A stretch of 42,603 nucleotides of DNA, from positions 1-42,603 of the IMG/VR virus record IMGVR_UViG_3300048574_000092, one strand, 5' to 3'. The notes beneath the pieces are model-generated. The model made no database searches, was not told the DNA's origin, and saw only the letters and a list, made by a program, of their open reading frames with translations. Each line of letters opens with the position of its first letter. Position 1 is the first letter of the stretch. The stretch comes from a virus. Positions 13,889-21,206 of the stretch are shown here, piece by piece. Position numbers and translations under genes: made by a program.

Positions 13889-14851
13889 ATGACATCAACA
13901 GACGCAACACCGAACGCTGTCACCGAAGATAACGTCGGTGATTTGAATGGCGAAAACAAGACGCGGTGGTTCTCAACGTCCGTCGAAATCTTCGATCATC
14001 CGGTCTTGAATGTTGGCCCCTTCGACCGCCGCTCAGCTTGGCAATGGCTGATAGCCAATGCCGCTTGGAAGACAAAACGCGTCAATCACAAGGGCAAGAT
14101 GATCGATCTCGATCGCGGGCAGGTCATCATCGGCCGCGCATTCTTGGCCGAGACGTGGGGATGGTCGGAGCAAACCGTCAGAACCTTCATCAAAATTCTA
14201 GTCGCTGAGAACATGCTTGAACTCAACCAGAGTGGCGGTCACTTCGCGAACATCGCAACGATATGTAATTACGACAAATATCAATCGCGGCAACCAGAGC
14301 GTAACCAGTCAACCAACCAGAGCGTAACCAGTGTCCAACCAGTGTCCAACCAGACTCTTACAAGGAATACAAATACTACAACTACCCAAGTAGCTTCTTC
14401 CCTACCAGAACCCGCGCGCGATGACGCCACGCCACGCTGCGAGGATTTGAAAGTTTTTTACGATCGGCTTTACGACGCCGCCAGCGCCTGCCTCGACAAC
14501 CCTGCAAACTGCCAAGGCCTGATCAACACGATGATCCCGCAAACGTGGATCAACTCGGGCTGTGACCTCGAACTCGACATCCTGCCGGCGTTGCGCGCCA
14601 AGGCCGCGACGCACAAGGGGCGGCGGGTGTGGAGCTGGGATTATTTCACCAACGCCGTTGCTGACGCGCGTGTGAAGCGCCTAGCGGCATCCAAGCGCAT
14701 TGCGACGGCCACGGTTCCTTCCGGCGCCAAATCAGCCACCGGGCGAGCGCCAACAGCATCGCCTCGCCTGCTGCATCTCAACGACGAAAGCTGGAAAGAG
14801 CAGATCGCCAACGAGATGGTTGAACAGGGGCTCGCCAATGTCATCAACTAG
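13889..14851 (+). CDS. Replication initiator / replisome organiser (lambda O-like role, winged-helix N-terminal domain)
   Basis: ..AWQWLIANAAWKTKRVNHKGKMIDLDRGQVIIGRAFLAETWGWSEQTVRTFIKILVAENML.. is typical of phage replication-organiser winged-helix domains. The gene contains an iteron array followed by an AT-rich tract. Confidence 0.65.
   Translation: MTSTDATPNAVTEDNVGDLNGENKTRWFSTSVEIFDHPVLNVGPFDRRSAWQWLIANAAWKTKRVNHKGKMIDLDRGQVIIGRAFLAETWGWSEQTVRTFIKILVAENMLELNQSGGHFANIATICNYDKYQSRQPERNQSTNQSVTSVQPVSNQTLTRNTNTTTTQVASSLPEPARDDATPRCEDLKVFYDRLYDAASACLDNPANCQGLINTMIPQTWINSGCDLELDILPALRAKAATHKGRRVWSWDYFTNAVADARVKRLAASKRIATATVPSGAKSATGRAPTASPRLLHLNDESWKEQIANEMVEQGLANVIN
14292..14353. repeat. 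Iteron array (candidate ori): six AACCAG cores at 11-12 bp spacing
   Basis: AACCAG starts at 14292, 14303, 14315, 14326, 14337 and 14348. Larger units are AACCAGAGCGTAACCAGT x2 and GTCCAACCAG x2. The AT-rich cttacaaggaatacaaatactacaactac follows. Confidence 0.7.
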
Positions 14852-15287
14852 ATCGTTCTTCGATTGCCGCACAGCCGACGAAGCCCTTGAGTTCATGAAC
14901 ATCGCCGAGTACCGCGCGCGATGCTTCGTCAACGCCATGCGAAGAAACGAGCGGACGGGAAAGCTAGAGCCGGTGGGTTGGGAATTCTCCGATCGCTTCC
15001 TGCCGCATCCATGGGTACGCGAAGCGATTTCAGAAGGATGGGGCAAGGAACTTCGCAGCCATCTGATCCTGACAGTTAAGAACCGTATCTGCCACGGCAA
15101 GCCTTACGACAACATCGACGAACTGATGCCGCCCCGAGAATGGGTCGCGTACGCGAAGCAGCAGGCAGAGCGGTACCGGAAGGCTGCTGAGTGGCGGAAT
15201 GCGAACGTCCGAGCCGGCGATATGTCGGGATGGCTGGCGAAGCTCATGGAGAGCAACCGTCGTAGCAGCGAGGAGGAAGCAGCATGA
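14838..15287 (+). CDS. Hypothetical protein, 149 aa
   Basis: Start at MSSTRSFF (ATG 14838), overlapping the upstream gene by 14 nt. Confidence 0.6.
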   Translation: MSSTRSFFDCRTADEALEFMNIAEYRARCFVNAMRRNERTGKLEPVGWEFSDRFLPHPWVREAISEGWGKELRSHLILTVKNRICHGKPYDNIDELMPPREWVAYAKQQAERYRKAAEWRNANVRAGDMSGWLAKLMESNRRSSEEEAA

Positions 15288-15538
15288 CCCAGATCTCCGC
15301 CTACGCCCGCGAGCTTGCCGATCAGCTTCGTGAAATCGCGAAGGTTCAGGAAGCCGTCAAAGACCTCATCGCGTCCGCAAAAGACGCTGGAGTTAATCCA
15401 CGCGCTCTTCGCAAGGTCGCCCGCGAGATGGTCATGGAGAGCGACAAGCGCGCTTCGCTTTATGAGGACGAAGAGCAGCTTTCGTTATTCCGAACGGAAG
15501 TCGGACTGACATCGAGATACGCGGAGGCAGCAGAATGA
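15284..15538 (+). CDS. GapR-like DUF2312 (UPF0335) DNA-binding protein
   Basis: ..DQLREIAKVQEAVKDLIASAKDAGVNPRALRKVAREMVMESDKRASLYEDEEQLSLFRTEVGL matches the DUF2312 pattern (coiled coil, then ..AK..G.d.kalR.....r). Confidence 0.7.
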   Translation: MTQISAYARELADQLREIAKVQEAVKDLIASAKDAGVNPRALRKVAREMVMESDKRASLYEDEEQLSLFRTEVGLTSRYAEAAE

Positions 15539-15687
15539 ACTACCTCCAATACCGCCAGATGGTCACCTATTGGGACATGGTCTGGGACAGCTACGACATC
15601 GCGAAAGCTCTTGGACTCCGAGAGTCAGAAGTTGCGCACCGGATATCCACGCACCTTCACCACAAGAGAGCAAAGGTGGCAGCATGA
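15535..15687 (+). CDS. 50-aa protein with possible HTH (below the ORF-track cutoff)
   Basis: Hand translation gives MNYLQYRQMVTYWDMVWDSYDIAKALGLRESEVAHRISTHLHHKRAKVAA. It shows ATGA overlaps at both ends. Confidence 0.5.
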   Translation: MNYLQYRQMVTYWDMVWDSYDIAKALGLRESEVAHRISTHLHHKRAKVAA

Positions 15688-15899
15688 GCACAGCCACCAC
15701 GCGTGTCCTTGCTGAAGCTGCTGGAACTCCGCTGTGTGACTGCGTCGTGATCGGAGTGAAGCCAGACGGTTCTCTGCACATCGATTGGACTGGCTCAACT
15801 CTTGGAAGCCTCATCCTCTATCTCAGGCTTGCAGAACGAGAAGCGTTGAACGCGTGGGACGAAGGCGTGGATCTGCACAATAGGAGCAAGGCAGCGTGA
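15684..15899 (+). CDS. Hypothetical protein, 71 aa
   Basis: Start at MSTATTRVL, overlapping the upstream stop. Confidence 0.55.
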   Translation: MSTATTRVLAEAAGTPLCDCVVIGVKPDGSLHIDWTGSTLGSLILYLRLAEREALNAWDEGVDLHNRSKAA

Positions 15900-16576
15900 C
15901 TGCGTCCGCTCGCGGTTTATTCCGCGCCACAGGTAAGAAATCAAAGCCAGTCGCGGCGCGCATGCTCGACGGTTCGCTTGCGATTGTCGATGAACTTCAG
16001 CGGGAGCCGGATGAGTTCTATCCGACGCCGCCGGAGCCAATTCGAGCGCTTCTCTGCGCCGAGCTTGAGCGCTTGCGGGAATTCGAGAGCGTTTGGGACG
16101 CTAGCGCGGGCGACGGTGCGCTTGTTCGTGAAATCGAAGCCGTCGGACTCAAAGTTATCGGCTCCGACCTCGTTGATCGAGGGGCGGGTTTCCAGATCAA
16201 GAATTTCTATGATTTCAAAACGGCTCCGTCGAAATGCAGCGTGCAGAACCCGCCGTTCGCTGAATGCGGCTGGGGTAATGGTCGCGCCCGCTGGCTGAAG
16301 CATGCGCTCGAAACACTCGATCTCGACTACATGGCATTGCTGATGAATTGGGGATGGCCGGGCGCCGGCGGACTAGCGCCGTTCTGGGCCGCACACCCAC
16401 CAGCGCGTGTCTACCTCATGAGATGGAAAATCGATTTTACGGGGCAGGGAGCACCACCGATGCTCAACGCTTGGTTCGTCTGGGACAAATCTCACGAAGG
16501 CGAAACCGTTCTGCGCACACTCGATCGAAACAACGATGCGCGTCAGAGCAATCTATTTCATGAGGCTGCAGAATGA
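15896..16576 (+). CDS. Orphan DNA N6-adenine methyltransferase
   Basis: It has FYPTPP near the N-terminus, a SAM-binding-like VWDASAGDGAL, and the catalytic NPPF (..SVQNPPFAE..). No cognate nuclease is adjacent. The start is uncertain (GTG 15896 or ATG 15962). Confidence 0.75.
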   Translation: MTASARGLFRATGKKSKPVAARMLDGSLAIVDELQREPDEFYPTPPEPIRALLCAELERLREFESVWDASAGDGALVREIEAVGLKVIGSDLVDRGAGFQIKNFYDFKTAPSKCSVQNPPFAECGWGNGRARWLKHALETLDLDYMALLMNWGWPGAGGLAPFWAAHPPARVYLMRWKIDFTGQGAPPMLNAWFVWDKSHEGETVLRTLDRNNDARQSNLFHEAAE

Positions 16577-16710
16577 CCGGCAAAACCCTTCGCGGCTACC
16601 GCATAAAGAACGGCAAGGTTGAGAAGATATCCGGATACGGTCTCAACACATCTGCGAAGATCAAGCAGAAGAAGTCGAAGAAAACGAAACCGATAAAGAG
16701 GATGCCTTGA
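16573..16710 (+). CDS. 45-aa highly basic peptide (below the ORF-track cutoff)
   Basis: Hand translation gives MTGKTLRGYRIKNGKVEKISGYGLNTSAKIKQKKSKKTKPIKRMP. It shows ATGA overlap with the methyltransferase stop. Confidence 0.4.
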   Translation: MTGKTLRGYRIKNGKVEKISGYGLNTSAKIKQKKSKKTKPIKRMP

Positions 16711-17261
16711 CCTACTTCGCCATCCGCACTCATCCACAACGCGAGTTTCTGCTCGCCGGCCGGTATGACGAGCACGGGGAATGGCGTCCCGGCGTGCTCG
16801 AGAAAAAGGGCTACGACCAAGTATTCTGCCCCACGGAAACGAAGTTCCGGAAGACGATCAAGAAGGGACGCCGCGTCTCCATCCCCGTGCTCTATCCCAT
16901 GTTCACGGGCTATATCTTCGTAGGTGGCCGGTTCTCATGGCTTGAGCTGATGGCTGAGAACTACATCACCGCCGCTGTTGGTTTTCCAGATGAGTTTGGC
17001 AGGCGCAGGCCTGCACCGATCTCTGAATCTGAAATGGCGAAGCTCCGAGAGATGTCAGGAGGGCTTATCCCGCACCGACGGTCGGTGAACCCACATCGTG
17101 CGCTCCGCGTTGGTGAGATGGCAGAGATCAGCATCGGGCCTTTCGCAGGACAGATCGTCGAGATCAAAGGCATTCAGGGCCGCAAGGCAAAGATCTTTGT
17201 CAGCCTGTTCGGACACGCTACACTGACGGAGATACCGATTGGAGATTTGGAGGCCGCGTGA
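16707..17261 (+). CDS. NusG/RfaH-like transcription antitermination factor (NGN + KOW)
   Basis: YFAIRTHPQRE...PVLYPMFTGYIFV is NGN-like. VGEMAEISIGPFAGQIVEIKGIQGRKAKIFVSLFGHATLTEIPIGDLE is KOW-like. The ORF begins with TTG. Confidence 0.75.
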   Translation: MTYFAIRTHPQREFLLAGRYDEHGEWRPGVLEKKGYDQVFCPTETKFRKTIKKGRRVSIPVLYPMFTGYIFVGGRFSWLELMAENYITAAVGFPDEFGRRRPAPISESEMAKLREMSGGLIPHRRSVNPHRALRVGEMAEISIGPFAGQIVEIKGIQGRKAKIFVSLFGHATLTEIPIGDLEAA

Positions 17262-17578
17262 ATCCTGACAAGCCACCCGAGAAATACGCAGCACGTCTGG
17301 CGGCAGATCAGGAACGATTTCGAAAGCAGCAGAACGCCCGCTCAAAAGATCTCGGCGTCACGCTCAACTGGGTAGTGAGATGGGATAGGGCGGAGGGTGT
17401 TCGGCAGTGGACGTGGGATGACCGGAGAAACACAAAGACGCCAGTCTATGCGCTATGGGCCGCTGAGGTGAAAGACAACGGCGACATCGTCGTGACGCGA
17501 ACGGAATACGGGTATCTGCCGGCAGCAAATGAAAAGGGCGACCCCGAAGAGCCGCCCCCTGATTTGCCTAAGCCCTGA
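17258..17578 (+). CDS. Hypothetical protein, 106 aa (GTG start); last gene of the rightward early operon
   Basis: The ORF is coupled to the upstream stop and converges on the gene at 17568..18584 with an 11-nt overlap. Confidence 0.5.
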   Translation: MNPDKPPEKYAARLAADQERFRKQQNARSKDLGVTLNWVVRWDRAEGVRQWTWDDRRNTKTPVYALWAAEVKDNGDIVVTRTEYGYLPAANEKGDPEEPPPDLPKP

Positions 17579-18584
17579 GAGCTATTCTCAATTGCTTGCC
17601 GACTTTCGTCAGTTCCAGATGCTCGTCGATCTCTTGCCGCAACCGGCTTGCCGGGCCTGGATCGATGCCAAGCAGGTCCGCTAGTTCCTGATGACTTGAG
17701 ACGCTTCCACCGTTGCGTTCGATTGCCTTCCAAACGCGGTGCTCGTGCAGGTCGACAACACCCTTGCCGATCTCAGGCTTGCGACGCTTGCCTTTCGGAG
17801 GTTCGGGCGGTTCCGGCAACTGAAACTCAACAGGGAAAGACGTTTGCCGGTCGTCGGCAACTGAAGGGCAATCGTTTGCAGCAACTAAAACCGGACGCTT
17901 GCCCTGACGGAACGCGAAGCCGAGCGAGACGATCGAGCCGATTTCGAAGAACAGGCACTTAGCAAACGGTATCAGCAACAAAAGAGCGGCAACGATCTGA
18001 TCCTTGCTTGCCGGGATGCGGAACAGGACGCCGATGTCAGCCATTGCCGCAGCTTGCGCATTGACGGGCTTCTGCGGCCCGAGGGCGGCGATCTCGCCTT
18101 CAAGCTGCTTGATCACCACGCCGATGTCTTTCGCGTTCGTCTTCCAGTCCTTGCAGCGCTGGCCGCAACGCTGGCCGGTCATTTCCCGGTCAGCGGCACG
18201 GTCGGCATAGTCGCGCCGGGCTCGTGCCGCTTTCAGGTCTTCAGTCTTATCGGCAATCTTCGTGTTGTTGTCTTCGACCGAGAGAGTGGTGGTTCCTGCG
18301 GTTTCGACCTGCCGGCCAACGGAGGAATAAACGACGAGGCCGGTTCCCGACAGAAACAGCACGAGGAAGCCGAGAGTTGCGAACAGATGGCGGGCGCGCG
18401 CGGCGTCGACCATGAGGTGCCCGGCTGCGATCGTTCCGAAGACGGTCAGGATCGTGAGCCATTGCGAAGCTTGCCAGTCCTGGGGCGATGTAAGATCAGA
18501 CCCGAGGAGGATGGTGAGGCCGCCGGCTGCGAATGCGCAGCCAGCGACACCGGCCAGAAAACGGCCGCGAATGGAGAGCATCAT
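17568..18584 (-). CDS. Multi-TM coiled-coil protein with C-terminal HTH-like domain, 338 aa
   Basis: It has three N-terminal hydrophobic helices and a charged coiled coil containing CGQRC. A further hydrophobic region (IVAALLLLIPFAKCLFFEIGSIVSLGFAF) follows. The C-terminus reads ..SSHQELADLLGIDPGPASRLRQEI.. . Confidence 0.7.
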   Translation of the reverse strand: MMLSIRGRFLAGVAGCAFAAGGLTILLGSDLTSPQDWQASQWLTILTVFGTIAAGHLMVDAARARHLFATLGFLVLFLSGTGLVVYSSVGRQVETAGTTTLSVEDNNTKIADKTEDLKAARARRDYADRAADREMTGQRCGQRCKDWKTNAKDIGVVIKQLEGEIAALGPQKPVNAQAAAMADIGVLFRIPASKDQIVAALLLLIPFAKCLFFEIGSIVSLGFAFRQGKRPVLVAANDCPSVADDRQTSFPVEFQLPEPPEPPKGKRRKPEIGKGVVDLHEHRVWKAIERNGGSVSSHQELADLLGIDPGPASRLRQEIDEHLELTKVGKQLRIALRA

Positions 18585-18697
18585 TGTCCGATGCTTTCAC
18601 GGATCGAGGCTTCAACGCCTGAGATCAGGCAGAAGAGACCCAGGATAAGCACCGGAGCGGCGGTGACGAGTAACGGGATCAGAGGTAAGTAGGTCAT
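18581..18697 (-). CDS. 38-aa membrane peptide coupled to the 338-aa protein
   Basis: Hand translation gives MTYLPLIPLLVTAAPVLILGLFCLISGVEASIRESIGQ. Its stop overlaps the downstream ATG, and AAGGA lies upstream. Confidence 0.45.
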   Translation of the reverse strand: MTYLPLIPLLVTAAPVLILGLFCLISGVEASIRESIGQ

Positions 18698-18808
18698 GGG
18701 TTCAAGTCCTTGTTGCTAAGGAGTTGGATCAAGAGGGTCGTCGCGGGTGCAACCGCTTCGGCCCTCGATTGTGATGTAGCACGTCGTATCACAGTGTGCA
18801 ATATATAT

Positions 18809-18837
18809 TTGACGCACGATGTAAGACGGTGTATCAC
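18809..18837 (+). promoter_or_regulatory. Candidate promoter TTGACG-N17-TATCAC for the RHH operon
   Basis: The -10 ends 7 nt before ATG 18844, so the mRNA may be leaderless. The -10 overlaps a repeated GTATCAC motif. Confidence 0.45.
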
Positions 18838-18843
18838 CGCGGC

Positions 18844-18993
18844 ATGGCAGACACACCGATTACGCCCGTTCGAATCCCCCTCGATATCCGGGGGCAACTC
18901 GAGATCATCGCGAAGGCCGAGAATAGAAGCATCAGCAACGTGGTTGTGACTTTGCTGATGGAGGCCCTAGCAGCGCGGAGGAAGCGCAAATGA
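18844..18993 (+). CDS. Ribbon-helix-helix (Arc/CopG-like) DNA-binding protein, 49 aa
   Basis: MADTPITPVRIPLDIRGQLEIIAKAENRSISNVVVTLLMEALAARRKRK fits a beta-strand followed by two helices, the RHH pattern. Confidence 0.7.
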   Translation: MADTPITPVRIPLDIRGQLEIIAKAENRSISNVVVTLLMEALAARRKRK

Positions 18994-19364
18994 GCGACCT
19001 GAATGCCTGCCGCATATGCGGTTTCAAACCGAAGCGCTTAACGCCCAGTGCAGTAGGTGTATTCAAAGTGGTCTGCGAATGCGGAAACGAGGAAAGCTTT
19101 CTACAGGCGCCGAGTGCACTACATGGTCGGTCGCTTGCTGGTTTTGCAGACGGTGACAGGGAAGTCACGGAACGGTGGAACCGAAATAACCGGGTCTCTC
19201 TCGAACCCCAAACGGACATGGTCATTACTCTTGCAGACCCGAACGGGCGCGTCGCTGGTTCGACCGTAACGATAAACTATGGAGATCGGTCGCTAACGTT
19301 TAGGTGTCGGCGGCAGCAGAAGACAGACGGGAACTTCCATCACATCTGGGAAATCGAGCCGTAG
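18990..19364 (+). CDS. Protein with Lar-like (restriction alleviation family) zinc-ribbon N-terminal domain, 124 aa
   Basis: CRICGFKPKRL...FKVVCECGNEES...DREVTERWNRNN matches the Lar-family pattern (C-x2-C ... C-x-C ... WNxR). It shows ATGA coupling to the RHH gene. Confidence 0.55.
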   Translation: MSDLNACRICGFKPKRLTPSAVGVFKVVCECGNEESFLQAPSALHGRSLAGFADGDREVTERWNRNNRVSLEPQTDMVITLADPNGRVAGSTVTINYGDRSLTFRCRRQQKTDGNFHHIWEIEP

Positions 19365-19378
19365 GGGAGAAAGCGGAA

Positions 19379-19573
19379 ATGACCACGAGTGTCCCGACGA
19401 CAATTCCCGTTCCGGAGAACGTGATTCTAGACTTATGGCTGTATGGTAGCGCCATGGTAATCACTGGCTTGGACGGCCAGGAGCATATTCCTTGGAGCGA
19501 CTGGCATGCGCGCACGGATAAGCCGCCCATGCCGCTACCAGCTTGTTGCTGTAAAGACTCTCCCGGAAACTGA
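19379..19573 (+). CDS. Hypothetical protein, 64 aa
   Basis: Start at MTTSVPTT, preceded by GGGGAGAAAG. Confidence 0.45.
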   Translation: MTTSVPTTIPVPENVILDLWLYGSAMVITGLDGQEHIPWSDWHARTDKPPMPLPACCCKDSPGN

Positions 19574-19881
19574 CGGAAGCTAGAAGCAAGTTCCGGTATT
19601 GACGTCAGCGACCAAATCATCGAACTACAAATCAACCCATAGTGTGCGTCGGGCTTTTTAACGCCAAGTATTGCATAGGCCAGAGCCCGATCTGGTGTCG
19701 GCACGTGCCGGACCGCAAGCCGTTATTGTCCCCAAAATCCTGAAATTCCCGTCGCCGTGACTTGTCTCCTGACCCGGGATTGTCACGACACATGCTCTGG
19801 CACCCGATCCAACGCCATGGATGCGCGGCGGCGGGGATTCTGTTTTTGCAAATTCACCTCCTATCTCAGGAGCCCCCCGAA

Positions 19882-21042
19882 ATGAGCACCATTCCTGCGC
19901 CGGCCCGCCGGGGCCTGATCCCGGCTGTCTCCGGCCTCTTTTCCGCGGTCTCGCGCCCGGCCTCCCGGATCAATCTTGATCGCATCGCCATTGGCCTCGT
20001 CTTCTTCGCTGGCGTCGTCACGATCCTGAAGAAGAACGGCGTCGACGTTCCGAGCTTCATGGTGCTGTTCGGCTGCTCGCTCGGCATCGCCGGTCTGCTC
20101 TACGAGATGAGTGCGTCCCGCTCGATGATGCGTGCGTTCTGGGAAGCCAAGCCGTTCTCGATGTTCTGCAACCTCACCATCTGGGTTGCTGCCTTCTCGT
20201 TCTCGATCTTCAACTGGATCGGCGCCGCTGCTGAGGGGCAGGCGGAGAAGACGAACATTCAGAAGGCAGCCTTCGTGCACTCCGCGGATGCGCGCACGCG
20301 TCTCGACATGGCTCAGGATGCCTTGAAGAAAGCCCGCAACGCCGCCCAGGAAAAGCACAATGCCGCTTGGGAGACGATCCCCGTTGTCGACGGTCAGAAG
20401 ATCACCGACCGGGGTCAGGCGGAAGCCTTGATTGCGAAGATCAAATCGAACACTCGGTACTGGAACCTGACGAACGAGTGCCAGACGACCAAAGGCCCGC
20501 AGACCCGGAAATACTGCGCCGATTACAACGACGCGAAGGCCGCTCTTTCGTGGGCTGATACCCACCCCGCTCTGATCGAGGCGGCAAACGCCGCGGATCA
20601 GGACGTGAAGCGTCTCGAGCAGGAAGTCGTCAGCGCCCGCAGCGAAGCATCGAGCACGAAGGTTGTGACCTCGGAAGATCGCGCCGACCTGTTCATGCTG
20701 ACGGACTGGGGCGGCATGAGCGAGTCCCGCGCGCAGCAGCTGACGGGCCTGATCTCTGTTCTCGTCATTTCGGTGTTCATCTCGTTCGGATCGATGCGCG
20801 ATGAAGCGGCACGCCTGACGGCGGAAGGTCCGCGCCGGAAATGGTCGTTCCTGTCGCGCACCTATCGTTGGGCTTATCGCAAGGTCTGGGGCCAGGAACC
20901 CGACAACACGACCTACGTGACGAACTACCTTGATCCCCGCGGAGCGGAAGCTCTGGCGGCAGTGATGAAGGACCGAGAGCGCGTCGCGCAGGCAGCAAGA
21001 GCCGCCCAGAACCGCCTCTATCCGCAGGAAGCCCTCGCATGA
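19882..21042 (+). CDS. Multi-TM coiled-coil protein, 386 aa (same architecture as 17568..18584)
   Basis: Start at MSTIPAP, preceded by AGGAG. It has three hydrophobic helices, a long coiled coil with the Cys pair CQTTKGPQTRKYC, a further TM (LISVLVISVFISFGSM) and a basic tail. Confidence 0.7.
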   Translation: MSTIPAPARRGLIPAVSGLFSAVSRPASRINLDRIAIGLVFFAGVVTILKKNGVDVPSFMVLFGCSLGIAGLLYEMSASRSMMRAFWEAKPFSMFCNLTIWVAAFSFSIFNWIGAAAEGQAEKTNIQKAAFVHSADARTRLDMAQDALKKARNAAQEKHNAAWETIPVVDGQKITDRGQAEALIAKIKSNTRYWNLTNECQTTKGPQTRKYCADYNDAKAALSWADTHPALIEAANAADQDVKRLEQEVVSARSEASSTKVVTSEDRADLFMLTDWGGMSESRAQQLTGLISVLVISVFISFGSMRDEAARLTAEGPRRKWSFLSRTYRWAYRKVWGQEPDNTTYVTNYLDPRGAEALAAVMKDRERVAQAARAAQNRLYPQEALA

Positions 21043-21206
21043 ACATTCAGAACATGGACTTCATGCAGATCGTCCACTTGGCCGGGCGCGTCGTGTGCGC
21101 GCTCGGCTTGGCGATGTTCTTTTTCAACATCAATCTCGGCATTCAGGCGTTTGCTCATCCAGGGATTGAGGTCGCTGCAGCTGGCTGGATTATGAAAAGC
21201 CTCTGA
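21039..21206 (+). CDS. 55-aa membrane peptide (below the ORF-track cutoff)
   Basis: Hand translation gives MNIQNMDFMQIVHLAGRVVCALGLAMFFFNINLGIQAFAHPGIEVAAAGWIMKSL. It is coupled at both ends. Confidence 0.45.
   Translation: MNIQNMDFMQIVHLAGRVVCALGLAMFFFNINLGIQAFAHPGIEVAAAGWIMKSL

Noticed and set aside
14888-14897. Extra TTCATGAA palindrome as a fourth operator
   Set aside because: It is only 8 bp, lacks the TTCA-N7-TGAA spacing, and lies within a coding region (..EFMNI..) far from any promoter.
18855-18880. GTTCGAATC T-loop-like string suggesting a hidden tRNA
   Set aside because: There are no complementary T-stem or acceptor sequences around it. It lies inside the RHH coding sequence (..PVRIPLD..).
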